From IMG/VR virus record IMGVR_UViG_3300036828_000767, positions 1 to 53,515 of that record: DNA of 53,515 nucleotides. One strand, written 5' to 3'. Position 1 is the first letter of the stretch; every line of letters starts with the position of its first letter. This DNA is from a virus. Lineage: Duplodnaviria > Heunggongvirae > Uroviricota > Caudoviricetes. Below are positions 10,701 to 17,912 of this stretch, one piece after another. The notes under the pieces are model-generated. The model did no database searches. It had not been told where the DNA came from and saw only the letters and a list, made by a program, of their open reading frames with translations. The position numbers and the translations under genes are program-made.

Positions 10701-13065
10701 CGGGGTTCGCCTGCACTGAGGCCAGGGCCTGCTGCGCGGCCCGCAGCCGGTCCGTGGCTGCGGTGACTTGCAGTGCTGTTGCGGGCGTGCCGGTGCTGGT
10801 GGTCGGGTTCTGCATCCGGTTGACGGTGTTCTGCGCCGACGCGACCCGCGCCTGCGCGGTGGTGATGGCCTGGGCGGCTGCTGCGCTTGCCTGGGGGATT
10901 TGCTGAAGCCCCTGGATGAACGTGCTGAACGTGGACTGGGAGCCGGTCACGTCGGCGATGAAACTGTCCCACGCCTGGTTCAGCTTCTGCATCGCCTGGT
11001 ACTGGTCGGTGGCGGTGCGGTCCAGCACCTGCAAGTCATTACCAAGCGTCCCGGCGCGCTGCCCCATCGCCTCGTAGCCCTGGATGACGCCCTGGACCTG
11101 CTGCTGGATGATCAGCCACGTCTCTTTGCTCTTGTCGAGCATCTGCTTCATCGTCACGCCGGACGCGATCAGCGCCCCCTGCGCCGACGTCGCCGAACCG
11201 GTGGTCTTAGCAACCTGCCCGACCCGGTAGTTGTACAGGGTGGTCTGGTCGTTGACCTGCTTGATCGCCGCTTCCAGTTCATTGTTCTTCTGAATCTGCG
11301 CCTGCACCGCGGTGCTGGGCGAAGAGACACCGGTGCGGATGTTCCTCGTTATCCCTTGCGGCGAATTTTGCAGCTTGGCAAGTTCCTGCCTGCCCTGGAC
11401 CAGCGACGTGGTGAAAAGGTTCGACGCATCGGTCATCTGATGCAGGCCGCCGGCCAGGGTGGGTGCGTCCTGGATGCCCTGCTGGATACCGGCGATCCAC
11501 TTCTGGGTGGCGTCTTTGCTGGTGAGGATCGCGAACGTCATCACGCCGATCGCCGCGGCGGCCAGCCCCACCCACACCAGCGGGTTCACCGCATCCAAAG
11601 CGGCCATGGCACCCGTCAAGGCGAACGTGGACGTGGTGGCAATGTCTTCGGTTGCTGCCGTCACCAGAAGGTCACCGATCCACACGGCGAACGTCTTGAC
11701 GACACTGGCAAGCCATGCACCAATTTTTGTCCCCAGCAGGAGCGAGATGCCCTTTTGCACGGCCAGTAGTGCGGTGACCGCCAGCCCGGACCAGACAATC
11801 AGCCCATGGGCGAGCATGAGGAAATGCAGCAGCGGCACCGAGTTCTGGGTCAGCGTCTCCCCGAAATGGGTCACTGCCACAGCCGCGTTGAGGAAAAACG
11901 CGGCGAAACCAGGCATGGCTTTGAGGAAGCTGCCGATGATGCCGCCCAGGTTGGCGAACACCGTGCCCAGCTTGAACACGTCCGAGGTGGCGTTTTTCAT
12001 GAACTCGGAGAACCCGCGCCCGTGGGTGATCGCTACGGTCAGTCGCGCGGCAAGCTGGTCCACCACCGTGCCGGTGCCTTTCGCCAGGACGGTGAACTCA
12101 TGCGACCGGTTGTTCATGACAGTCAGGGCGTCGCCGAACAACTGGAACACCTGCGGCTGGACAGCCTGGTGCAGCTTTTCCAGGGTGCTGGTCATGGGCG
12201 CGATTGTTTTACCGGTGGCGTCCATGACGGTATGCAGGTTTGTCATGTGGGTGAAGATCAGCTTCGCCGCGTCGGACCCGGCGACGCCGAACGCGACCAT
12301 GGCGATAGTCGCGGGGATGAGGATTGCGGCGATTTCCGCTAGCGCCTCGAAAGCCAAGTGGAAGCCGCTAATAGCCAGCGCACCGCCGAACAGCGGAACA
12401 GACCGGCCCAGAACACCCAGAATCCCGAATCCGAACCCGCCGAAAAGCCCAGCCCGGCCACCACCACCACCACCAGCTCCCCCGGCTGCCGCGCCGGCTG
12501 CCGCGCCAGCAGCAGCACCCGCGCCGGCTTTCCACCAGCCCATCTTCGACTGCATTTCATTAGCGTCAGCAAGCGCCCGCGCGTACTCGTCCATGCCGAA
12601 CGCAGCAGCTCCTGCCGCCATCCCGGCGGAATGCAGCCTCCCCGCCAGAAGGTCAGCGTTCAACGCGGCGACGTCTTCTTCTTCGGCCATCTTTTCGTAC
12701 ATGCCGACAAGCTGCGTGTCGGACATGAACGCTGCCTGCGCGGCCCGGCTTTCCTCAGCAAGAGACGCCACCAGTGCCTGTTCAGCTTTCACCCGGCGGG
12801 TCGTCCACGACGTCGCTGCGGCCTGCTGCTTGCTCAGTTTGTCCGCAGCCGCGGCGGCGGCCTCATCAGCGAGCGCGAGCTTCCCGGTAGCACCAGCGGC
12901 TGCGTCCGCTGCGGCCTGCTGCGCGGCGAGCATCTTGTTCAGGTTCTCGGTGGCGGTGTTTGCGCCACGTTCCGCGGCTTGCAACTTGACCAGGGACCGC
13001 TCAACCTGGTCAATGACAGCCGACGAATTGTTCACGGCGTTCAGGATGTAGGTCACTGTTGCCAA
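7747..13065 (-). CDS. Tape measure protein with NlpC/P60 peptidase and lysozyme/transglycosylase-like domains
   Basis: 1772 aa, Ala-rich and helical, after the chaperones; PYVWGG...DCSG...GHV (NlpC/P60); AIALAESSG...ASGLWQI (lysozyme-like); AGGAGG RBS before TTG. Confidence 0.93.
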   Translation of the reverse strand: MATVTYILNAVNNSSAVIDQVERSLVKLQAAERGANTATENLNKMLAAQQAAADAAAGATGKLALADEAAAAAADKLSKQQAAATSWTTRRVKAEQALVASLAEESRAAQAAFMSDTQLVGMYEKMAEEEDVAALNADLLAGRLHSAGMAAGAAAFGMDEYARALADANEMQSKMGWWKAGAGAAAGAAAGAAAGGAGGGGGGRAGLFGGFGFGILGVLGRSVPLFGGALAISGFHLAFEALAEIAAILIPATIAMVAFGVAGSDAAKLIFTHMTNLHTVMDATGKTIAPMTSTLEKLHQAVQPQVFQLFGDALTVMNNRSHEFTVLAKGTGTVVDQLAARLTVAITHGRGFSEFMKNATSDVFKLGTVFANLGGIIGSFLKAMPGFAAFFLNAAVAVTHFGETLTQNSVPLLHFLMLAHGLIVWSGLAVTALLAVQKGISLLLGTKIGAWLASVVKTFAVWIGDLLVTAATEDIATTSTFALTGAMAALDAVNPLVWVGLAAAAIGVMTFAILTSKDATQKWIAGIQQGIQDAPTLAGGLHQMTDASNLFTTSLVQGRQELAKLQNSPQGITRNIRTGVSSPSTAVQAQIQKNNELEAAIKQVNDQTTLYNYRVGQVAKTTGSATSAQGALIASGVTMKQMLDKSKETWLIIQQQVQGVIQGYEAMGQRAGTLGNDLQVLDRTATDQYQAMQKLNQAWDSFIADVTGSQSTFSTFIQGLQQIPQASAAAAQAITTAQARVASAQNTVNRMQNPTTSTGTPATALQVTAATDRLRAAQQALASVQANPAAHAAGVLAGAQARVASAQNTLNTLQARGTTTTTRAATSTGSLAAAQGRLSAAQQHLNILLSAGKATINGLSPASIRLNQAFTQSVVNANAMIDTWRTAGVSSNLFNRGVKDSISLLVPYAKGSHAATAELVALAQEAGYQLPNNLKSLVGWLGNTHDATAQVQQITDQATIQESMLTSAMDAQSKFLTSKLINSINDAAFAYFGVTKAATAYGTALAKFGPQSQQAHDAQNKLNTAIIDGGVAAGKSNLAIAGMIAQVDKIPLKRAIQIVEEGTGKFSIKGLYTPPGQGGRTSTSLLNPGTVFAAGGMVGGHGGPTSDTVPVLASRGEYFVKASSVAKYGTHMMNRINAGKFASGGSVGTNPRFTGDLGVLTGDAPVAFDHKFQSMMVTTMSKGISQALKAAEAAASGGTGIVADAMRWLGKIPYVWGGTAVPGGADCSGFVQTIYRQHGISAPRTSEAQGAWVKHSPPVPGGLAFYNSPAGGPPPGHVAIVGFGGKVISQGGGMGPQLVPLRSMPLMFTGVPRGGFGGAGQGGNGPINGLPGLERLWESAGGPGGGTAHIAAAIALAESSGRADARNPSGASGLWQILGQVVPGNIFNPFVNAENAVKKWRDAGGFSPWVTFTDGAYRQFYANGTSGAAPGWAWVGEKGPELVKMRGGEQVIPTHRIPGHAKGVGDLSGLTVAGGHLWADIHRFLEAINDRFHGSEQRKLDRLVEEQASDMASIRRDVHATTANASAARSLQQSTRSGLSGFAGLSGLGLGGAFVGGKSINAGQELGRQLGQKLATLRKFNSVLRRLAGKKLPNSLLQQIVALGPDQGILYGQEILSGGSALIGQLAGTERAISRQERNISRGTASYAYGAGYQTGQGAAQSVLAAEPKLRAMFRRLGDDLGKEAARWLKPGGGKHFAMGGIINEPVYGVGRSGRRYMFGERGPETVTPGTSQAGRGGPLVHIDTMNVKDETDMAMVSQRLSFAVTSAGMGG

Positions 13066-13079
13066 GTGCCTACCTCCTG

Positions 13080-13624
13080 TCAGGCCAGGCCGCGTGTCAG
13101 CGGGTTATCGGTAGCGGTACCGCTTTTTGCCTGCTCGCTTTCGTACTCGAACCAGGCTAGCCACTGGGTTAGTTCAGCGGAGTCGGTGTTGGCTAGGACT
13201 TCTTGGACTGTTCTGCCGAGCTTGACTGCGAGTGTGAAGACGAACTGGAGCCAGGGCTCCTTTCTGATTTTCCCACCATTTCATCTACGTCTTCGTCAGA
13301 CAGGCCGGACATCTTCGCGGCGACGGTGTAAATACGGTTCACCGCGGAGGCGGAATGCTCACCCAGGTCGGTGATGTCGCCGTTGGTGAACAGCCGGTCA
13401 CCCGTCTCATCGACAACAGACCAGGCGACCAGCTTGGCCCGCATATTCGCGGTGTTCATCACCGCCTTACCGCGCCGCTGCTCGATCATCGACCCTTCGA
13501 ACTCGTCACGCTGACGGCCGGACAGGCTTTTGACGATGACCGTGCCACCCCATTCAGGCACATCGACACGTTCGGTTTTCATGTCGTCGGCCTTCAGGAT
13601 TTCGTCGCGGGTGAGAATCGCCAT
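13080..13624 (-). CDS. Tail assembly chaperone, -1 frameshift (G-T) product
   Basis: The -1 frame after G GGA AAA reads KIRKEPWLQFVFTLAVKLGRTVQEVLANTDSAELTQWLAWFEYE...RGLA* and ends at 13080 just before the TMP RBS; typical T-region sequence. Confidence 0.85.
13193..13624 (-). CDS. Tail assembly chaperone (G form)
   Basis: LTRDEILKADDMKTERVDVPEWGGTVIVKSLSG motif; lies before the TMP. Confidence 0.88.
   Translation of the reverse strand: MAILTRDEILKADDMKTERVDVPEWGGTVIVKSLSGRQRDEFEGSMIEQRRGKAVMNTANMRAKLVAWSVVDETGDRLFTNGDITDLGEHSASAVNRIYTVAAKMSGLSDEDVDEMVGKSERSPGSSSSSHSQSSSAEQSKKS
13268..13274 (-). other. Programmed -1 ribosomal frameshift site GGGAAAA
   Basis: X XXY YYZ heptamer in the correct frame (GTG GGA AAA TCA) linking the G and T frames. 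Confidence 0.85.
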
Positions 13625-13709
13625 GACTTGGGCTCCTTACGTTGAAAGGCTTAAAGTCATTGTCTAGTCTGCGTGGCGAGCCGTCAAGTAGACAGAGTAT
13701 GCTGTCGAT

Positions 13710-14132
13710 ATGACACGTCCCAGCGATTTCGCCGCAGCCCGGATCAGAGCAGTCCGCCGCGCCCGCGGCCTCACCGTCGCGCAGCTCGCCGAACAATGCA
13801 CCCAGCTAGGCGCACCGCAGCTCACGCAAGCAGTCATCGACAACATCGAAACCGGCCGCCGCCACGAAGACGGCACCCGCAGGCGGCACGTCACCGTAGA
13901 CGAACTCCTCGCCCTCGCCCTGGCACTGAACGCACCGCCGCTATACCTGCTCATTCCCCCGGACGACCTCGAAGCGCCCTACCCGATCACCAGCACCGAA
14001 GTATTGCCCCGTTACCAAGTGGCAGCCTGGTTCGCTGGCGTCGGCCCAATCCTGCGGGCCATGTCTTCAGCGGGCGACACCAGGCTGTACTACGCCGAAC
14101 GGCCCCTCACCGAATCCGCGCCAGTCAACTAG
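13710..14132 (+). CDS. XRE-family HTH regulator, antisense within tail operon
   Basis: IRAVRRARGLTVAQLAEQC...VIDNIETGRR...VTVDELLALALALNAPPLYLL; TATGCT-N6-ATG leaderless promoter. Confidence 0.85.
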   Translation: MTRPSDFAAARIRAVRRARGLTVAQLAEQCTQLGAPQLTQAVIDNIETGRRHEDGTRRRHVTVDELLALALALNAPPLYLLIPPDDLEAPYPITSTEVLPRYQVAAWFAGVGPILRAMSSAGDTRLYYAERPLTESAPVN

Positions 14133-14137
14133 GAAAA

Positions 14138-14213
14138 GGGCACCAGGCAGAGCGCTTCACCCGTTACGGCCCCCACGGGTGAACAGGGGCCTTGCTGTCC
14201 GATACCTGGTGCC
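14138..14213. terminator. Nested inverted repeats between convergent genes (possible bidirectional terminator)
   Basis: GGGCACCAGG (14138-47)/CCTGGTGCCC (14204-13) enclosing TTCACCCGT (14156-64)/ACGGGTGAA (14174-82). Confidence 0.5.
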
Positions 14214-14223
14214 CGGCAGAATA

Positions 14224-14691
14224 CTAACCGTCGAGCCGCCTGGTGATTTCGCTCGCCACGTTCTCCAAAGTCCGCCTCGACGCAGGGCCATACCACGAAA
14301 CCGCCGAGTAGAAGTAGGGGTGCGGCGTCTGCTCCACCCAGTTCCCCGTATCCCCAAAGGTGGGGTGGCGCCACGGCGCCTTCGCACCTTCCATGTACAG
14401 CGGAAGCGCCTTCTGCCCGTCCGGCATCCGTGCACCGTTCACCGCGATACCAACCTGCACCTGCGGGCCGTTGACCCAAGTCCACGCCTCGACACAGTCA
14501 GCGATACGCAACCGCAAACCTGGGGGCTGCCGGTATGGGACGGTGCCTTTCGAGGGAAGGTTGAGGATCGCTGAGCGGACCTGCGGCAGCAAAGGAGACG
14601 CAGCTTGCCGTAGCCGCAGCCGCATGAGCCTGGTGATCTGGTCGTTGTTCATGCGATGCAACTCGGCGATAAGCACCGACAGTTCAGCCAT
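14224..14691 (-). CDS. HK97 gp10-like neck/tail-completion protein
   Basis: Basic helical N-terminus, WRHPTFG...W..Q.PHPYF..AV C-terminus; tail-module position. Confidence 0.6.
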   Translation of the reverse strand: MAELSVLIAELHRMNNDQITRLMRLRLRQAASPLLPQVRSAILNLPSKGTVPYRQPPGLRLRIADCVEAWTWVNGPQVQVGIAVNGARMPDGQKALPLYMEGAKAPWRHPTFGDTGNWVEQTPHPYFYSAVSWYGPASRRTLENVASEITRRLDG

Positions 14692-14712
14692 GAACCCAGA
14701 TTAGCTAGCCGA

Positions 14713-15192
14713 TTACGGGATGGTGATGTTGGTGGCGGGCAGCTTCGACGCGGCGAACGAGAACGTGGTCTTCCCCGGGTCTTCCACGGTGGAGTCCACA
14801 GCCTGGGCCATGACCCTGACCGGGAAAACGTCCATCTTCTGCCCGGCTACGTCGCCTTCCCATAGCAGCACGATGAAGCCGTTGGTGTCACGGATCAGCA
14901 ACGTCCGGGCGTCGTTGGAGTTCTGCGAGTTGTAGCAGGTGACGTCGTTGGTGGCGGAAGTCAGACGACCCGGCACCTGCGACGTGAACCTGGACCCCAT
15001 GTCCGGCACGTCCACCGTGTTCGACGTCACCGACCAGCCGGACATCGTTTCGATTTCACCGGTCAGGTCAGTACCCGCGTTCAGCTCCGGGCGTGTCGGC
15101 GCCAGGTAGTTGCCGATGACAGGCACCCAGTAGACGCGCCGGATACCAGGCGGGAAGTACCTGGTGGTCGGCGTCAGTGGCGTGGCGACCAT
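14713..15192 (-). CDS. Major tail (tube) protein
   Basis: RVYWVPVIGNYLAPTRPELNAGTDLT...GW...SRFTSQVPGR motifs of actinophage tail tubes. Confidence 0.85.
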   Translation of the reverse strand: MVATPLTPTTRYFPPGIRRVYWVPVIGNYLAPTRPELNAGTDLTGEIETMSGWSVTSNTVDVPDMGSRFTSQVPGRLTSATNDVTCYNSQNSNDARTLLIRDTNGFIVLLWEGDVAGQKMDVFPVRVMAQAVDSTVEDPGKTTFSFAASKLPATNITIP

Positions 15193-15416
15193 TACTTCGA
15201 CTCCTTATCCGCCGTCAGCCTGCGCAGCTTCGCCGGCATGTCCTCACCTGCGGTGTCATCCAGCACCGGCCCAGGGGGCGCGGCCTGCAACGCCCGGAGA
15301 CGTTCCAGCTCGGCCCATTCCTCCCGGGTCACCCAACCGGATTGCCGGTAATGGTGAAGCGACTCGGGGGGCACTTCGACGCTGCCCTGAGTCTCGGGAT
15401 GGTAGATGACGGTCAT
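15192..15416 (-). CDS. Small hypothetical protein (tail module)
   Basis: 74 aa; stop overlaps tail-tube start; HPETQGSVEVPPESLHHYRQSGW. Confidence 0.65.
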   Translation of the reverse strand: MTVIYHPETQGSVEVPPESLHHYRQSGWVTREEWAELERLRALQAAPPGPVLDDTAGEDMPAKLRRLTADKESK

Positions 15417-15418
15417 GA

Positions 15419-15769
15419 TTACGGAATCCTGATCGCCGCAACGAAAATGCTGGTGACGGTTGAATACTGCACCGCCGTGGTTCCCACGCCGTACACGTTG
15501 TCGGGAACCGGGATGAGCGCCACACCGGCGTTCACGCCAGCGGGACCTACGCCCGCAGGAACGGTCACCACACGGTTCGACACGGGCAGACCGTCATACG
15601 TGGGGCTTACCGGAAGCACCACCGTCATGGAAGCCGTGGTGCTGTTGTTGACCACAAGCAGCCCAATGCCCTGACCGGTAGGCGTCACGTCCCCGACGGT
15701 CCCACCGGGCGCAGAAGTGGTCACTGTCGCCCCAGCGTGCGGGGGACCTTGCAGGGGGTACGTTGCCAT
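15419..15769 (-). CDS. Hypothetical beta-rich virion protein
   Basis: 116 aa, Thr/Gly/Val-rich, RBS-like AAGGG, collinear with structural operon. Confidence 0.65.
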   Translation of the reverse strand: MATYPLQGPPHAGATVTTSAPGGTVGDVTPTGQGIGLLVVNNSTTASMTVVLPVSPTYDGLPVSNRVVTVPAGVGPAGVNAGVALIPVPDNVYGVGTTAVQYSTVTSIFVAAIRIP

Positions 15770-15883
15770 GCCCGTTGCCCTTTCGCTTTGCCTGGTAGAA
15801 CTCTAGCTCATTATTAGCCAGGTTAAGGCTTTACTGCGCCGAAAACAGCAGTGCCTACTGTTGCGCCATATATGATTTAGACT

Positions 15884-16456
15884 ATGAATACCCCCGACTC
15901 GGCCATGAAGTGGTGCTCCGGCTGCCAGCAATGGAAGACACGAACACGCGACTTCCAGCGAAACAGGGCTCAACCAGACGGACTACAGAACTACTGCAAG
16001 GACTGTCGCTGGCTCGTCGAACAAGGCAGGAAGGAGAAGTCCCGCGAATACACTAGGAAATACCGGCTTACACATCCGGCGGAGGAGCAGGCGCGGCACC
16101 AACGTGACTACGCGGCCAACCCTGCCGGGCACTATCAAAAGGTCAAGGAATACCGTGCGCGTCTAGCAGCCCAAGTCTTCGGTCATTACGGCACCATGTG
16201 CGCCTGCTGCGGTAGCACCGAGAGGCTCACCATCGACCACATCAACGGTGATGGCGCCGAACATAGGATCGCAATATCAGGCACCCCTACAGGCAATGCG
16301 GCAACCACCTACCTGTGGCTCATTAGGAACGACTTCCCGCCGGGGTTTCAGACGCTCTGTGGCACATGTAACCAGAGTAAGAGACGGGGACCGAGGTGCC
16401 GTATCCACTTCCGTTGCCCCTGCTGTGGAACACTCCTAGACCGACGAAAGGTATAA
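15884..16456 (+). CDS. HNH endonuclease with N-terminal Zn finger, antisense
   Basis: CSGC...YCKDC; CACCGSTERLTIDHINGDG...QTLCGTCNQSK; TATGAT-N7-ATG. Confidence 0.85.
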   Translation: MNTPDSAMKWCSGCQQWKTRTRDFQRNRAQPDGLQNYCKDCRWLVEQGRKEKSREYTRKYRLTHPAEEQARHQRDYAANPAGHYQKVKEYRARLAAQVFGHYGTMCACCGSTERLTIDHINGDGAEHRIAISGTPTGNAATTYLWLIRNDFPPGFQTLCGTCNQSKRRGPRCRIHFRCPCCGTLLDRRKV

Positions 16457-16462
16457 ATCCTA

Positions 16463-16993
16463 TCATTGTTGGGCGAATGCCTCACAGCGTATCCCGAACG
16501 TGACAACGGTAAGCAGGCCGCGGCGGTCCTGAATCGGGAAGTAGGACGCGGTGCTGCCCATCAGCATCCGGGCGACGCTGCCATTCAGGTTGTTCGGCCC
16601 CTGCACAACCGTGGACACCACCTTGATGTTTTCGTACGCAGTACGCCGCGCGGCTCGCATTCCAGCCTGATTCGTAGTACCGACACGCACCAAAGACGCG
16701 CACGCGATAGTGAACGTCTCGATCACGCCAGGGGCCAGGCCCTGCAACGCGCCCTGCGACGACACCGCCGCGTTACCGGTTTCCTCAGACATCGACCGCG
16801 ACGGGTACTCATACCCGGGCTGGAAACCGGGCCAGCCTAGTTGCAGCACCTGCGGCGCGCTGCCACCACCGATGAACCCGCCGTCGGAAACCTTGATGTC
16901 CAGGCCCTGCAACGCCACCTGCTGCTCAACCAGATCAACCAGCGCGTCGAGGGCATCCGGGACGTGGGACTCCCACGGGCGGAAAGCAGTCAT
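16463..16993 (-). CDS. Putative tail terminator/head-closure protein
   Basis: 176 aa between the adaptor and tail tube; size and composition fit, no diagnostic motif. Confidence 0.5.
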   Translation of the reverse strand: MTAFRPWESHVPDALDALVDLVEQQVALQGLDIKVSDGGFIGGGSAPQVLQLGWPGFQPGYEYPSRSMSEETGNAAVSSQGALQGLAPGVIETFTIACASLVRVGTTNQAGMRAARRTAYENIKVVSTVVQGPNNLNGSVARMLMGSTASYFPIQDRRGLLTVVTFGIRCEAFAQQ

Positions 16994-17032
16994 CTACGCC
17001 ACCGCCAGTCTCAGGTAGTATTCCATATTTCC

Positions 17033-17902
17033 TCACGCCACGGCAGGGAACGGAGGGCCGAAAAATTCCTGCGCCTTACGGGGAATCAGGTACGGGTGTG
17101 CGCTGCTCATCGCATGCAGTTCCTCCGCGCCGATCACCCCCTGCAACCCGCCGGGGCCACGCCGGGTTTCCCACAACCACTGCAACATCACCCTCGAACC
17201 TGCCAGGTAGTTGTAGGGGATGATCTGGTAACCGGCGGTGTACCCGGCGACCACCCACCCGGTGATAGGCGTGCCGCGGACCACGTTGACAATGCCGGTG
17301 GACGAATCAATGTACAAATTCCGGCCCGTGGTGTTAGCGGGAAGCGGGCCACCGTCGGACAGCCAGTTCACCACGCCGTCTTCGCTGACCAGCGTGTCCA
17401 GCGAAATCACCGGCGTCGAAGCCACCTTCATCCTCGGCGTCTGCCAGCTCCACGACCACACGTCGAACTGGTGACTTTCACCTGTCACGGCACGGCGGGC
17501 GATTACCTCGTTCTTATAGTTCTCCACACTGCGGGTGATGCCGAACAGCATTTCCCGCAGTTCCTCATCGTCGTCAGTGTTCGCGGCGTCAATGCCGAGG
17601 GACTTCTTCCCCATCGCCAAAGACAGGATCATCGGCGGCGACGCCTCGGCAACGTCGAAGGCGTCTGTGTAGCCAACATTCGGGTTTTGCGTCACCCACC
17701 GGACCAGGTGCCTGCCAGCCTGAACGGTCTGATACGAAACCCGTAGCTGCCCATGAACAGTCGATGGCAACGACACTGTCGGGGTCACCGTGGTGCCGTC
17801 CGGCAACGTGATAGTCAGCGTTACCGAACCAGGATCGGTAAGCACCCCAGCGGCGTTAAACACATCGAGTGCCGCCGGGTAGATCGAACCGAGGTCGAAC
17901 AT
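17033..17902 (-). CDS. Head-tail adaptor with N-terminal Ig-like domain
   Basis: N-terminal DPGSVTLTITLPDGT...GRHLVRW; C-terminal DDDEELREML...VENY...VAGYTAG...LQWLWETRRG. Confidence 0.7.
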   Translation of the reverse strand: MFDLGSIYPAALDVFNAAGVLTDPGSVTLTITLPDGTTVTPTVSLPSTVHGQLRVSYQTVQAGRHLVRWVTQNPNVGYTDAFDVAEASPPMILSLAMGKKSLGIDAANTDDDEELREMLFGITRSVENYKNEVIARRAVTGESHQFDVWSWSWQTPRMKVASTPVISLDTLVSEDGVVNWLSDGGPLPANTTGRNLYIDSSTGIVNVVRGTPITGWVVAGYTAGYQIIPYNYLAGSRVMLQWLWETRRGPGGLQGVIGAEELHAMSSAHPYLIPRKAQEFFGPPFPAVA

Positions 17903-17912
17903 GACACCAACC

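Noticed and set aside
11459-13051. Long antisense ORFs (530 aa here; also 3914-5071, 1358-2425, 40560-41972, 45231-46310, 38296-39339)
   Set aside because: Shadows of real genes in GC-rich DNA; no motifs or RBS.
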